DNA of 64,000 nucleotides from an uncultured Ignavibacteria bacterium. Lineage in GTDB: Bacteria > Bacteroidota > Ignavibacteria > Tepidaquicellales > OLB5. The position numbers and the translations under genes were made by a program. The notes under the pieces were generated by a model. That model made no database searches, was not told the DNA's origin, and was given only the letters and a program-made list of their open reading frames with translations. Shown here piece by piece: positions 47,119-57,543 of this stretch (its first letter is position 1; every line of letters begins with the position of its first letter). The stretch lies in the NCBI GenBank assembly GCA_963816535.1, contig CAWFKW010000003.1, positions 510,526-574,525 of the forward strand. The letters run 5' to 3'.

Positions 47119-49221
47119 TTAGTATGCGAGCATATCCTCCGAGGCTTTTAATATCCAGCTATCCTGGGGAAGCGCGGCGCTTTCCAGATTCGGATGGAAC
47201 GGAATATGAATGTGCAATCCCGCAACCCGCTTAACAGGCGCGTCAAGATACTCGAAAGCTCTTTCCGCTATCTCTGAGGCTATCTCGCCACCGAAGCCCA
47301 TGAACTTGGTATCTTCGTGGAACACAATCACCTTCCCGGTTTTTTTAACCGAATTAATTATCGTGTCAATATCCAGAGGAACAATAGTCCTCACGTCCAC
47401 AACTTCGATGCTGTGCCCTTTCTTCTCGAGTTCCCTTGCGGCTTTCAACGACTTTTCAACCATTGCGCCGTAGGTTACAATGGTCAGATCTGTTCCTTCG
47501 CGCTTAACGGCAGCTTTGCCAAACGGCAGGTAATAATTCGAATCCGGTTCAGGCGATTTGGAATATCCCTGCCTGTATAAGAACTTATGTTCCAAAAACA
47601 TTACCGGGTCCTTAATCTGGCAGGCGGTCTTAAGCAGTCCTTTCGCGTCAGCCGCATTTGAGGGATATGCAATATACAACCCCGGACATTTTGCAAATAT
47701 CGCCTCTATGTTCTGTGAATGATAGTGCCCGCCGCCAATATATCCGCCGCACGCAACCCTTACCGTAACAGGACATTCAAACTGCCCGTTAGAACGGTAG
47801 CGGTACATTACAAGTTCATCGCGGATCTGCATCATTGCGGGGAAGATATAATCAGCAAACTGGATTTCTACAACCGGCTTTAACCCGGTTAATGCAGCGC
47901 CAACCGCTGTTCCCATTATAGAAGCTTCAGCAAGCGGCGAGTTGAAACACCTTTTTGTTCCGAATTTGGTTGATAGTCCTTTTGTTGCCGTAAATACCCC
48001 GCCTTTGCCGTCCTGAACATCTTCGCCGTAAACAAGCATGTTTGGATTCTTCTCCATTTCCTCATGCAATGCATGGTTAATTGCATCAACCATTACAATA
48101 GGTTCGCCCGCAGGCGGTTCTTCGGCATATTTTATTTTGGTCTGTGTTTCGGGCGGACAGAACAAGTTCTCCTCTATGTGTTTTGCATCGGGGGCCGGTT
48201 CTGCAAAGGCTTCCTCAGCGGACTTAACCACCAACTCGGCCGTTTCGCGCCTGATGTTCTGAATTTCTTCTTCGGTTAAAATGCCTCTTTCAACAAACAG
48301 TTTTTCGAAACTTGCTATCGGGTCCCTTAACTTATCTTTGGCAATCTCTTCTTTTGACCTGTATTTTTCCTGCGCATCGCTGGCCGAGTGTGAACGCAAT
48401 CTCACAACGTCGGCGTAAATCATCGATGGGCCCTCGCCGCTTCTGGCCAGTCTTACGGCTTCCTTTGCTGTCGCATACGATTCCAGGAAGTTTGTTCCGT
48501 CAATATGGAAACGGTGTAAACCCTCGAATCCGCCGACAACTTTGAAGACCGAAGCGCCTGCCGTTTGCTGTTCGATAGGAACCGATATAGCAAAACGGTT
48601 ATTCTGGATACAGAAAATTGCGGGCAATTTCGCGCGCGCCGCCCAGTTTATTGCTTCAAAAAACTCGCCTTCTGAAGTCGAGCCCTCACCGCCGCCAACA
48701 TAAGATACTTCATCGGTTTCGCGGTAAACGCAGCTTAGCGCCGCTCCGACGGCCTGTAAATATTGAGTACCCGTGGGCGAGGATGCGGTCGGCATCCTGA
48801 GCTCCTTGCTTCCAAGGTGCATAGGCATTTGCCTTCCGCCTGTAAAGCTGTCCGTGGCCCTCCCCATAATATGCCTGAAAATGTCTTTTGGAGTTATTCC
48901 AAGCGCCGTGCCAATCGCATTATCCCTGTAATAGGTAAAGAACCAGTCTTTTCCGCCCTGCATAGCCATAGCGCAGGCTACCTGTATAGCCTCGTGGCCG
49001 GAACCTGAAATAAGAAATGTCGCTTTGCCCTGTTTTATCAATGTATCAATTCTGTCGTCAGTGAACCTCGAAAGAAGCATTGACTTCCAGGCATGGATCA
49101 TTTCTTCATTGGAAAGGCCGTGGTTGGCAACAGTTTCCTTCATAAACTCATATTTCTCACCGTTTTTTGAAACGCCATTCGTGGCTTTCCCCTGCTTTTG
49201 ATTTGCAGTTTTTTCTGCCAT
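47119..49221 (-). CDS. 2-oxoacid dehydrogenase E1 component, alpha-beta fusion (TPP-dependent)
   Basis: 700 aa. The N-terminal half is E1-alpha-like (GGEGSTSEGEF). The C-terminal half is E1-beta/transketolase-like. Confidence 0.85.
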   Translation of the reverse strand: MAEKTANQKQGKATNGVSKNGEKYEFMKETVANHGLSNEEMIHAWKSMLLSRFTDDRIDTLIKQGKATFLISGSGHEAIQVACAMAMQGGKDWFFTYYRDNAIGTALGITPKDIFRHIMGRATDSFTGGRQMPMHLGSKELRMPTASSPTGTQYLQAVGAALSCVYRETDEVSYVGGGEGSTSEGEFFEAINWAARAKLPAIFCIQNNRFAISVPIEQQTAGASVFKVVGGFEGLHRFHIDGTNFLESYATAKEAVRLARSGEGPSMIYADVVRLRSHSASDAQEKYRSKEEIAKDKLRDPIASFEKLFVERGILTEEEIQNIRRETAELVVKSAEEAFAEPAPDAKHIEENLFCPPETQTKIKYAEEPPAGEPIVMVDAINHALHEEMEKNPNMLVYGEDVQDGKGGVFTATKGLSTKFGTKRCFNSPLAEASIMGTAVGAALTGLKPVVEIQFADYIFPAMMQIRDELVMYRYRSNGQFECPVTVRVACGGYIGGGHYHSQNIEAIFAKCPGLYIAYPSNAADAKGLLKTACQIKDPVMFLEHKFLYRQGYSKSPEPDSNYYLPFGKAAVKREGTDLTIVTYGAMVEKSLKAARELEKKGHSIEVVDVRTIVPLDIDTIINSVKKTGKVIVFHEDTKFMGFGGEIASEIAERAFEYLDAPVKRVAGLHIHIPFHPNLESAALPQDSWILKASEDMLAY

Positions 49222-49363
49222 TAGATTATATTCCTTTTGTGGTTATATATATTATAAATAAATATTTTACAAATTTAGATGGTTTTGAGCAATTTCCGGT
49301 ATTAGGACTTTAAATATAGGAATTTTTGATATAGGATAAAAGGAATTTTAGTTTAAAATTATG

Positions 49364-51091
49364 CTATTTTTCGGACTTATACTGAACTGTTTTATAATCA
49401 GCGAACAGATGTTTCACTTTATTTCGCTGGTATTTGCCCGTAGAGGTTACAGGAATCTCATCTGAAAATACTACAACTTTGGGGGTTTTGTAAAACGGCA
49501 GGCATTCCATACATTTATTCAGTATCGACGCCCTGGTATATTCATTTGGGTCCAAACCTTCTTTCAGCAGAACCAGCGCACCTACTTCTTCGCCGTACCA
49601 GTCGTTATCGAATCCAACGGCAATTCCCGCTTTGACCTCAGGCAGGCTCATTAAGACTTCATCAATTTCGAGCGGCGCAATATTTACTCCGCCGCGTATT
49701 ATCAGTTCTTTTATTCTGCCGGTAATAAAGAAATACTTTCGTCCGAGCTTATCTGACTTATAAAACCCCTCATCGCCGCTTCGGAACCAGCCAAATTCGA
49801 AAGTCTTTTCGTTTGCTTCAGGGTTTTGGTCATAATACTTCATTACGTTATGTCCGCGTATAACAATCTCCCCCCGCTGGCCCTCGCCAACCGATTCTCC
49901 TTTATCGTTTTGAATATCCATTTCATTGGGCTCGATTTCAACGCCAATAGAAGGAAATCCATATTCTTTGAGCCAGTTTGTATGTTCATGCTCAGATAAA
50001 TCAACAGGCAAAAAACAGGAATAGCAGGTTGTTTCGGATAACCCGTATCCGTGCATAATTTTCAAACCGAACATCTGTTCAAACTTAAGCGCAAGCTCGC
50101 AGGTAAGCGGCCCCGCGCCGCAAATTATATGGCGGAAGTTCGGCAATTTGATATCGCTTCGTTTGGACGCATCTTCAAAATCATGGCAAAGAAACTGAAG
50201 CAGTGTCGGGACAACGCTTACTATCTGAACATTTTCATCAGCAATCCGGGCAAAGAACTTCTCTGTATGGAATTTTTGATTCAAAACAAGTTTTGTTCCC
50301 GCAAACATAGAGGTCATTATAGTTACAACGGTTCCGTTCACATGGTGTATAGGTAAAACGCACATCATAGCGCTTCCCCTTTCAATTTTATGCCATTTTG
50401 AAATTCCGTCAGCATCAACCAGTAAATTATACTGCGTAAGTACAACTCCCTTTGGCAGGCCTGTCGTTCCGGAAGTATAAACTATAAGCGATTCTGTTTC
50501 CTGGCTGACATTTTCATCCGGGGTAAATTCATCCGGATGTTTTTCAATTTCTTTTTCAAATACGGGAACGCCGGCCGGGATGGTAAGATCTTTTCGGGAA
50601 ACGCCGTGAACAAAAATATTTTTAAGCCCGGGCAATTCCTTTTGATATTGCAGGATCTTATTCAGGTATTCATGCTTTACAAAGCCCAGCTTAGCCGATG
50701 AGCTTTCAAGAATATATCTTATCCTCTCAGGTTCTTCGCTAACATTTATCGGCACAACGGTAGCTCCAAGAGCCCATGCGGCAAAATACTGGATAACGGT
50801 GTTCAAGTGATTTTGTGAAACCGTTGCAATCCTGTCCCCTGCTTCAATCCCAAACGCAGTAAGCAGGTTAGCTGTCCTGAATACTTTACGAATGAATTCT
50901 GCATACGAAAGAGTAACTTTATCGCCCTCATCCGGATAAAAGACAATATAGACATCGTCCGGCTGAAGACGCGCCCTGTACTGAAGCAGCTCATAAATAT
51001 TCCCGTATTTAACAAGATACGACCCGGGGGCGATTCCCCTTACAAAATGCGCATCGCGAAGCTTTGATATGGTTTCTTTTTTTAAATGCAA
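49364..51091 (-). CDS. AMP-dependent synthetase/ligase (adenylate-forming; DltA-position enzyme)
   Basis: 575 aa with YTSGTTGLPKGV and a C-terminal ...GKYQRNK. Confidence 0.85.
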   Translation of the reverse strand: MHLKKETISKLRDAHFVRGIAPGSYLVKYGNIYELLQYRARLQPDDVYIVFYPDEGDKVTLSYAEFIRKVFRTANLLTAFGIEAGDRIATVSQNHLNTVIQYFAAWALGATVVPINVSEEPERIRYILESSSAKLGFVKHEYLNKILQYQKELPGLKNIFVHGVSRKDLTIPAGVPVFEKEIEKHPDEFTPDENVSQETESLIVYTSGTTGLPKGVVLTQYNLLVDADGISKWHKIERGSAMMCVLPIHHVNGTVVTIMTSMFAGTKLVLNQKFHTEKFFARIADENVQIVSVVPTLLQFLCHDFEDASKRSDIKLPNFRHIICGAGPLTCELALKFEQMFGLKIMHGYGLSETTCYSCFLPVDLSEHEHTNWLKEYGFPSIGVEIEPNEMDIQNDKGESVGEGQRGEIVIRGHNVMKYYDQNPEANEKTFEFGWFRSGDEGFYKSDKLGRKYFFITGRIKELIIRGGVNIAPLEIDEVLMSLPEVKAGIAVGFDNDWYGEEVGALVLLKEGLDPNEYTRASILNKCMECLPFYKTPKVVVFSDEIPVTSTGKYQRNKVKHLFADYKTVQYKSEK

Positions 51092-51094
51092 ACG

Positions 51095-52072
51095 TTATTT
51101 AGAATAGATTTCTTTCAATATCTTTGCTCCGACAATTGGCCTACAATGAGTTTCATCGTAATAGTTTGTCAAATTCTTAGTGAGATCGTTTAGTCCGGAA
51201 TAGTCATAAACGTTGAATCGGCCAAAAATTTCCTCAAGTTGTCGAAGGTCAATCGGATTTAAGTATCTTTCATCATAGCTGGGATATATGACAACTTTAT
51301 AATTAGTGTGTTCTTCCTCCAGAATTACTTTAACTGATTGAAGCATTTTTAATTGCGCCTTATTAATAACGGGCATTGATATATAGCATTTAGTCGAGTC
51401 GCGTTTATAGAAAAGTCTTTTGTAATCGTCATAATATGAATTTACGTTTTTGGACATCTGACGTTCCGCAAACGTAAAATACAAATCATTTGTTATCCTA
51501 TCATAGGTAAACTCGCGTGTATCCGAGAATTCGGGCGGCTGGTTATAAATCTCTCCATAGATATAGGGCAAAAAAAACTTATTTGAAAGGAACGTGCTTA
51601 GAAAGGTGAACTGGAATTTCAGCCGACTTTCACCTGACACTAAAGGGTGTTTAATATAACTATTGCCAGAGCTATTGTTTGTTTCGGCCAATGTAAGTGA
51701 ATCCAGTAATATCAAACAGTTCTTGATGGGCATCTTGTTCTTATGCAAGAATGAGAGCTTAGTATATATACCGAATAGAGACTCACCACTTGCATCATAA
51801 TGAAAGCTCTTCCCGTTTATATACTTGTCCCATTCAGAACAAAGAAAAGCAAGAGAATGTGAACTTCCCATTATATATGAATCATATTTTTCTTTTGGAT
51901 ATTGCCTAAGAAGTAACTCTGTACTTATAAAATCCCTGTCTGTAGGAATATAGGTGTTGAAGTAATCTGCATGATAGTATAGAACTTCAAACGGATCATC
52001 TTTAACATAAATCCCAATTAGGATTAATAGAGGAATGGCAAGAATAGCCAATTTGTAAAACAGTTTTAACAA
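51095..52072 (-). CDS. DltD-like membrane-anchored protein (SGNH-like GSS motif)
   Basis: 325 aa with an N-terminal TM anchor and IMGSSHS. It lies directly downstream of the MBOAT gene, as dltD does in dlt operons (weak sequence basis). Confidence 0.45.
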   Translation of the reverse strand: MLKLFYKLAILAIPLLILIGIYVKDDPFEVLYYHADYFNTYIPTDRDFISTELLLRQYPKEKYDSYIMGSSHSLAFLCSEWDKYINGKSFHYDASGESLFGIYTKLSFLHKNKMPIKNCLILLDSLTLAETNNSSGNSYIKHPLVSGESRLKFQFTFLSTFLSNKFFLPYIYGEIYNQPPEFSDTREFTYDRITNDLYFTFAERQMSKNVNSYYDDYKRLFYKRDSTKCYISMPVINKAQLKMLQSVKVILEEEHTNYKVVIYPSYDERYLNPIDLRQLEEIFGRFNVYDYSGLNDLTKNLTNYYDETHCRPIVGAKILKEIYSK

Positions 52073-52095
52073 ATCGTTGACCTTACTAAAATGCT

Positions 52096-53532
52096 TCAGA
52101 ATTTGAAATATACAAAATTTGCCTCTCCGAATTCACCAAATAGCAAGATGAGCAGAACCAAAACATAATAAAGACTCCACCTCACAATTAATGGTTTTGA
52201 TGAAACCATCTTCACCAAGCCCCCTTTACTATATGTTAGTATCTCTGCCAACATAGCGAACATTATCAAAACTAGTATCAATAAAAAGCCGAATTCACCA
52301 ATCCCTAAACCATAACCCCCAGCTTGGAAATTGAGCCCTGAAAATAAGTTCTTAATGTACAGCTCTGCCTGACTAATATTCTCGGATCGGAAAAATATGA
52401 ACGCAAAGGAAACATAACTAAACGCTATAATGTTGCATACTTTGTCATATATTACTGCAGGCAGCGATTTTGCAAGCCTCTTCCGGAACTTCCGCGTAAG
52501 GAATTCATAAACCAGCCCTGCGCCGTGAAGTGCTCCGAAGATGACAAAAGTTAGTCCTGCCCCGTGCCAGATGCCCGCTATCACAAAGGTAACAAACAAA
52601 GAGAAGACTACAGATTTTGTTCCCCAGCCTCTTGTTTCAATAGCAAGAGGTGTATATAAATAATCCCTCAACCATGTTGAAAGTGAAATGTGCCAGCGCC
52701 TCCAGAATTCGGTAATACTTTGCGAAAGCAGCGGCAGGTTAAAGTTCTCGGGCAGATCAAACCCGAGGATCTTTCCTGAGCCGATAGCCATATCCGTATA
52801 CCCCGAAAAATCAAAATAAATCTGGAAATAATATAAAGCCGATGTAATAATCAAAGGAATACCTTTGAAATTACCTAGATTGCCATATACATGATTTACA
52901 ATTAAAGCAATTTTATCAGCAATAACCACTTTCTTAAACAAACCCCAGGCAATGAGCTTCAGGCCGTCGGTGATTCGTTTGTAATCAAATTCATGCTTCA
53001 CATTAAACTGAGGCAAAAGCGTACTACCCCTGTCAATTGGCCCTGCAAGCAATTCAGGGAAGAACAACACGAATAAAGCATATTTTCCAATATGCCGTTC
53101 CGCTTTAGTTTCGCCTCTGTAAACTTCTATAACATAGCCAATGCTTTTAAAAGTGTAAAACGATAGTCCAACTGGCAGAAGTATTTTTAGGGCAGGCAAT
53201 GAGACATTAACGTTTGCAAGGTTCAGAATAGTTGAAAGGCCTTCGACAGAGAAATTGAAATATTTGAAGAAGAATAAAATGCCGAGGCTTACACCAAAAC
53301 TCTGCCACGCAAAATACTTCTTTTTTTGGGGAAAATTTTCAATTAAAAGAGCTACTGTATAATCGTTTATTACGACAACAGCAACAAATATTATATAATA
53401 TGGGATAAGCGACATATAAAAGTAACAGCTTGCGGCAAGCAGAAGCGCCCAGCGGAACCTGAAGGGGACTACGAAATACAAAATAACAACAATAGGGAAA
53501 AATATAATATATTCAAAGGAATTAAACAGCAT
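52096..53532 (-). CDS. MBOAT-family membrane O-acyltransferase (AlgI/DltB-like)
   Basis: 478 aa, polytopic, with the conserved His region FWRRWHISLSTWLRDYLY. Confidence 0.9.
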   Translation of the reverse strand: MLFNSFEYIIFFPIVVILYFVVPFRFRWALLLAASCYFYMSLIPYYIIFVAVVVINDYTVALLIENFPQKKKYFAWQSFGVSLGILFFFKYFNFSVEGLSTILNLANVNVSLPALKILLPVGLSFYTFKSIGYVIEVYRGETKAERHIGKYALFVLFFPELLAGPIDRGSTLLPQFNVKHEFDYKRITDGLKLIAWGLFKKVVIADKIALIVNHVYGNLGNFKGIPLIITSALYYFQIYFDFSGYTDMAIGSGKILGFDLPENFNLPLLSQSITEFWRRWHISLSTWLRDYLYTPLAIETRGWGTKSVVFSLFVTFVIAGIWHGAGLTFVIFGALHGAGLVYEFLTRKFRKRLAKSLPAVIYDKVCNIIAFSYVSFAFIFFRSENISQAELYIKNLFSGLNFQAGGYGLGIGEFGFLLILVLIMFAMLAEILTYSKGGLVKMVSSKPLIVRWSLYYVLVLLILLFGEFGEANFVYFKF

Positions 53533-53538
53533 TCGACC

Positions 53539-53949
53539 TCAATCGGAATCTATTATTTCGACTAGATGAAGCTCAGGCGAATAAAGAAATACACACAACC
53601 TGTTATCAAATGCAGGTGAATGAACCGATGCAACTTCTCTAAACTCTTGGTTCAATAGGTTTTCAATAGTAGCCTCAATATTTTTGACCTTAAAGCCCAA
53701 ATGGTAATAAGAAATGCCCTTCTTAATATAATTATTGACAATTGATTTTTCGCCAATTGGTTCGATCAACTCAATAAAGAAACCAGGACTTATTTCCACA
53801 AAACAAATATCGACGCTAATATCAATTAAGTGAAAAACTTGGGAGATGTTTTTAAATCCCAGGATATCACGATATGTAACAAGAGAATTTTCGATTGACT
53901 TTACAGCACAACCAACGTGATGAAGTTCAAGTTCTTCCAATAACTCCAT
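53539..53949 (-). CDS. VOC/glyoxalase-family protein (methylmalonyl-CoA-epimerase-like)
   Basis: 136 aa (LHHVGCAVKSIE...YYHLGFKV). Confidence 0.65.
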   Translation of the reverse strand: MELLEELELHHVGCAVKSIENSLVTYRDILGFKNISQVFHLIDISVDICFVEISPGFFIELIEPIGEKSIVNNYIKKGISYYHLGFKVKNIEATIENLLNQEFREVASVHSPAFDNRLCVFLYSPELHLVEIIDSD

Positions 53950-53955
53950 CCCTTA

Positions 53956-54189
53956 TCAGTTTTTTGCCAGAATGGCTTTCGCAAGATCTCCCACATTTTT
54001 GAACTTCGCAATCTCCACACTTGTGAATCTTATTTTGAACCTCTTCTCAATTTCTGATACAAGAATTATGTGACTTAGTGAATCCCACTCCTCTATATCT
54101 GCTGCGCTTGTTTCCTCCGAGAGAAGAATATTATCGTTTTCAAAGACCTCCCTGAAAAGTGTGGTCAATTCTGCAATTGTTTCTTGCAT
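53956..54189 (-). CDS. Acyl carrier protein
   Basis: 77 aa with the phosphopantetheine-site context EEWDSLSHI. Confidence 0.8.
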   Translation of the reverse strand: MQETIAELTTLFREVFENDNILLSEETSAADIEEWDSLSHIILVSEIEKRFKIRFTSVEIAKFKNVGDLAKAILAKN

Positions 54190-54348
54190 TTGTCCCTGCC
54201 TTTTGTTTTAAATAAATATATATTTCACTATGGATCTGGCCCATCCTAATATATCACTTATATCAGCAAAGATAGCTAATCGATTAAAACACTACAACGT
54301 ATATTTCTTGCACTATCCTCTCGACAATATAAGTTAATGTATCAGGCA

Positions 54349-56088
54349 TCATTCAGAGATTTTCCTTTTTATGAACGATTTTCTTTTTTCAAATGCGTTT
54401 ACATCCATCTCCCATAAACCCTTAGATTCAGAAAATCCAAAATCTTTGTAATGGTCCTTCACCATCTTATTTTTTGCGGTTGGAATGAACTCGCCGATGA
54501 TTTTTTTGAACCCGTTCGAAGCCGCTGTTTCAATAATATTGTTAAGCACAAAGTTTTCCATGGTCCGTTTAAGAACCCTGCAGCTCATTATCCATGTATC
54601 AACAAAGAGGGCCTCGCCTTGTTTTTTGAGAATTATGAGGCTGATCAAACCGTAATGCCCAAACTTATCTTCAAGCGTGAAAGAAAGCGTAATATAATCA
54701 TCTGAAACTGAAATTTTATGCACATCGTCTTCAGTGTACCTGATAGTCCTAAGGTTGAACTGGTTTGAACGCTGCGTAAGCTGAGCTACACGCGGAACGG
54801 TGAAACTATCAAAAGGCTTGCATTCCGATACCATTTCAAGGCTGGTCAGATATTCATCTTCATCCGCAAAAGCCTGCTTTACAACTGTACGCTGATATTC
54901 CTGCCTGTAAAGTTCGGTTCGTTCAGAGTCTTCTTCTGAATAAGAGGATGTCTCAAAGAGATTAAGTGAGCGCAGATATGTTAAATATTCCGCCGGATCT
55001 TCGGGAAGTTCAGGTATTGTAACTTCCGGCAAGAAGCTTCTAACCATATTTCTTTCAAACGGATTATCATCCAGAAACACCATTGAATCGAAACCGATAT
55101 TTAATATCTGCTGAATTTGTTTAATGTTATCAGCCTTATTATCCCAGTTCGCGTTAAATACGGCAAAGTCTTCATATGATAAAACCATATCGGGGTGATT
55201 ATCAAAAGCGTTCTTTGCGACCTCAGAATCATTCTTACTGCTAACCGCCAGAATAATTCCGCGCTCTTTAAGCTGTTTCGCCCATAGCTGCAATTCAGTA
55301 AATGCCTTTCCTATCCCAAGCTCGCCTATTTCTATTCCCTCAATTCCGTCATCGCCTATTATCCCGCCCCATAGCGTATTATCCAAATCAAGTATAAGGC
55401 ATTTTTTTGATTTTCCGGTCAGAGATTGAATTATATCCACAGCGCTTTTTGCGACCACCGCGGTAAAATCCAGGCTCATTGTTAAATCGGCGGTGACATA
55501 AAGCTTTGGATCAAAAGCAAAATTTATCCCGTACATGTTCTGAAGCGAACAAATGTCATTTATGTAGAGGTTCTTTAACTCCCTGCACAAATCCATGAGG
55601 CCCAGGTTTATCTTCCTTAATTGGTAAGAAAATGAAAAATCAAGCTTGTTCGAGAAGTTGCCGAATATGTTATCGTTAATTTCCCCGAAGTTGAAGAAAA
55701 TTATTTTGCACTTCAGGCGTTCGCTGATTGTGGTAATAAGCGGCCTGATCCCTGCCAGAACATTCCCGGCAAACCCGTTTTTTTCCTCCTGAGAGGTCTG
55801 GAAATATTCATTTAGCAGTTTCTGCGTTGATTGGAATAATATTACATATTCCGGATTGGACGTGTAAAGCTCTGAAGAAGAATCTATTACTTCATGTTCT
55901 ATTTGATTGTATTCGGCTTCAAATATTTCAAGGTTAAGCCCCGCGTCGTAGCCGTAACCTCTAAGAGCCTGAACCAGAAATTGTGTGGCAGAATCTCCTA
56001 ACACCGCTAGTTTTTTTATGGGAAAGGCGGTAAAATCCTTCTTTAAATTTCTTTTTAGTTCGATAAAGCTTTTAACAGGCGCCGGCAT
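54349..56088 (-). CDS. FkbH-like HAD-IIIC family protein
   Basis: 579 aa. HAD motif I is LILDLDNTLWGG, with a C-terminal acyltransferase-like region. Confidence 0.8.
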   Translation of the reverse strand: MPAPVKSFIELKRNLKKDFTAFPIKKLAVLGDSATQFLVQALRGYGYDAGLNLEIFEAEYNQIEHEVIDSSSELYTSNPEYVILFQSTQKLLNEYFQTSQEEKNGFAGNVLAGIRPLITTISERLKCKIIFFNFGEINDNIFGNFSNKLDFSFSYQLRKINLGLMDLCRELKNLYINDICSLQNMYGINFAFDPKLYVTADLTMSLDFTAVVAKSAVDIIQSLTGKSKKCLILDLDNTLWGGIIGDDGIEGIEIGELGIGKAFTELQLWAKQLKERGIILAVSSKNDSEVAKNAFDNHPDMVLSYEDFAVFNANWDNKADNIKQIQQILNIGFDSMVFLDDNPFERNMVRSFLPEVTIPELPEDPAEYLTYLRSLNLFETSSYSEEDSERTELYRQEYQRTVVKQAFADEDEYLTSLEMVSECKPFDSFTVPRVAQLTQRSNQFNLRTIRYTEDDVHKISVSDDYITLSFTLEDKFGHYGLISLIILKKQGEALFVDTWIMSCRVLKRTMENFVLNNIIETAASNGFKKIIGEFIPTAKNKMVKDHYKDFGFSESKGLWEMDVNAFEKRKSFIKRKISE

Positions 56089-56150
56089 AAGTACTAAAAT
56101 TTAGACATAGATAGCGGAAAATTTCCGTTTTTTCAATGCAAAGGGGAAAC

Positions 56151-56216
56151 GGTTCCAAGTTGCAGGTTTCAAGTTGCAGGTTTCAAGTTGCAGGTTTCAA
56201 GTTGCAAGTGGCAGGT
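56151..56216. repeat. 14-bp tandem repeat GGTTTCAAGTTGCA x4 plus a degenerate copy
   Basis: GGTTCCAAGTTGCA GGTTTCAAGTTGCA GGTTTCAAGTTGCA GGTTTCAAGTTGCA AGTGGCAGGTTG. Confidence 0.9.
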
Positions 56217-56356
56217 TGTTCCGAAGGGACGGCTTCGGCGCAGGCTAGAGCGAGGGAATAAACTATTTTAAATATCCCTTCGAAACACAACTAAATGAAA
56301 AGGCCGCTAAAAACAGCCCTTAACTTGTAACTTGCCAAACTGTAACCTGTAATTTA

Positions 56357-57535
56357 TTATTCTATCTCCGCTTCGTGGCCCCCTTCATTCCACGTAAACG
56401 GATAATCCGGCCTGTCGAATTCCTTAGCATACGTTGTTAATTTTAAAGGATGGAATGTATCAAGCATAACAGCCAGCTCAAGCGTTTCTTTTTTACCGAT
56501 GCTCGCTTCGGCAGTGCCGGGATGCGGGCCGTGAGGAATTCCGCCCGGATGCAAAGTGAATGAAGCAATATCAACTCCCTTACGCGACATAAAATTTCCA
56601 TCAACATAATACAGCACTTCATCGCTATCAATGTTGCTGTGATTGTACGGCGCGGGAATTGCCTCAGGGTGATAATCAAACAACCTCGGACAAAATGAAC
56701 ACACAACATAATTGTGTCCTTCAAATGTCTGGTGAACCGGCGGGGGCTGATGTATTTTGCCTGTGATAGGCATAAAATCATTTATATTAAATATCCATGG
56801 ATAGAAATATCCATCCCACCCGACCACATCGAACGGATGAAAATCATAAACGTATTCATGCAGACAATTTGATTTCTTTATCTTTACTAAAAACTCGCCC
56901 TTCTCATCTTTAGTAACAAGAACGCCAGGCAAACGGAAATCGCGCTCGCAATATGGCGAGTGTTCCAGTAATTGGCCGTGCGTGTTGCGGTATCTCTTTG
57001 GCGTTTCAACCGGACTTGGCGATTCAATAACAAGCAGTCTTGTCTTTCCGGTATTAAAAGTATATTTATGTATCACTCCGCGCGGGATAACAATGTAATC
57101 GCCTTCATGAAAAGGCAGCGAACCATACTGCGTTTCAAGCGTGCCTTTGCCTTCATGTATAAAAATAATTTCGTCGCCCTCGCCATTCTTATAAAAATAG
57201 TCCATATCATCTTTAGGATTGCAGATACCGAGGGATACATCATTATTGAACATTAAAACTTTTCTTCCTGATATTGGGTCGCCTTCGGGTTTCGCGTCAA
57301 GCGTTCTGATGTGAAAATGTCGAAGAGTTTTTTCCTCCCATACTTCCCTCTTGATCTCTGTAAATCCTTTTATAGTTTTTACTTTTGTCGGCGGATTGAT
57401 ATGATACAGAATTGAAGATACCCCTGAGAAGCCTTCGGTTCCTATTACCTGCTCTTTATATAAAGAGCCATCCGGCTTTTTAAACTGAACGTGGCGCTTT
57501 TGCGGTATCTTTCCTAACTTATGATAATGAGGCAT
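56357..57535 (-). CDS. hmgA: Homogentisate 1,2-dioxygenase
   Basis: 392 aa with the cupin-type HGO pattern. It is in the tyrosine-catabolism neighbourhood with hppD. Confidence 0.85.
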   Translation of the reverse strand: MPHYHKLGKIPQKRHVQFKKPDGSLYKEQVIGTEGFSGVSSILYHINPPTKVKTIKGFTEIKREVWEEKTLRHFHIRTLDAKPEGDPISGRKVLMFNNDVSLGICNPKDDMDYFYKNGEGDEIIFIHEGKGTLETQYGSLPFHEGDYIVIPRGVIHKYTFNTGKTRLLVIESPSPVETPKRYRNTHGQLLEHSPYCERDFRLPGVLVTKDEKGEFLVKIKKSNCLHEYVYDFHPFDVVGWDGYFYPWIFNINDFMPITGKIHQPPPVHQTFEGHNYVVCSFCPRLFDYHPEAIPAPYNHSNIDSDEVLYYVDGNFMSRKGVDIASFTLHPGGIPHGPHPGTAEASIGKKETLELAVMLDTFHPLKLTTYAKEFDRPDYPFTWNEGGHEAEIE

Positions 57536-57543
57536 CTTTTAAA

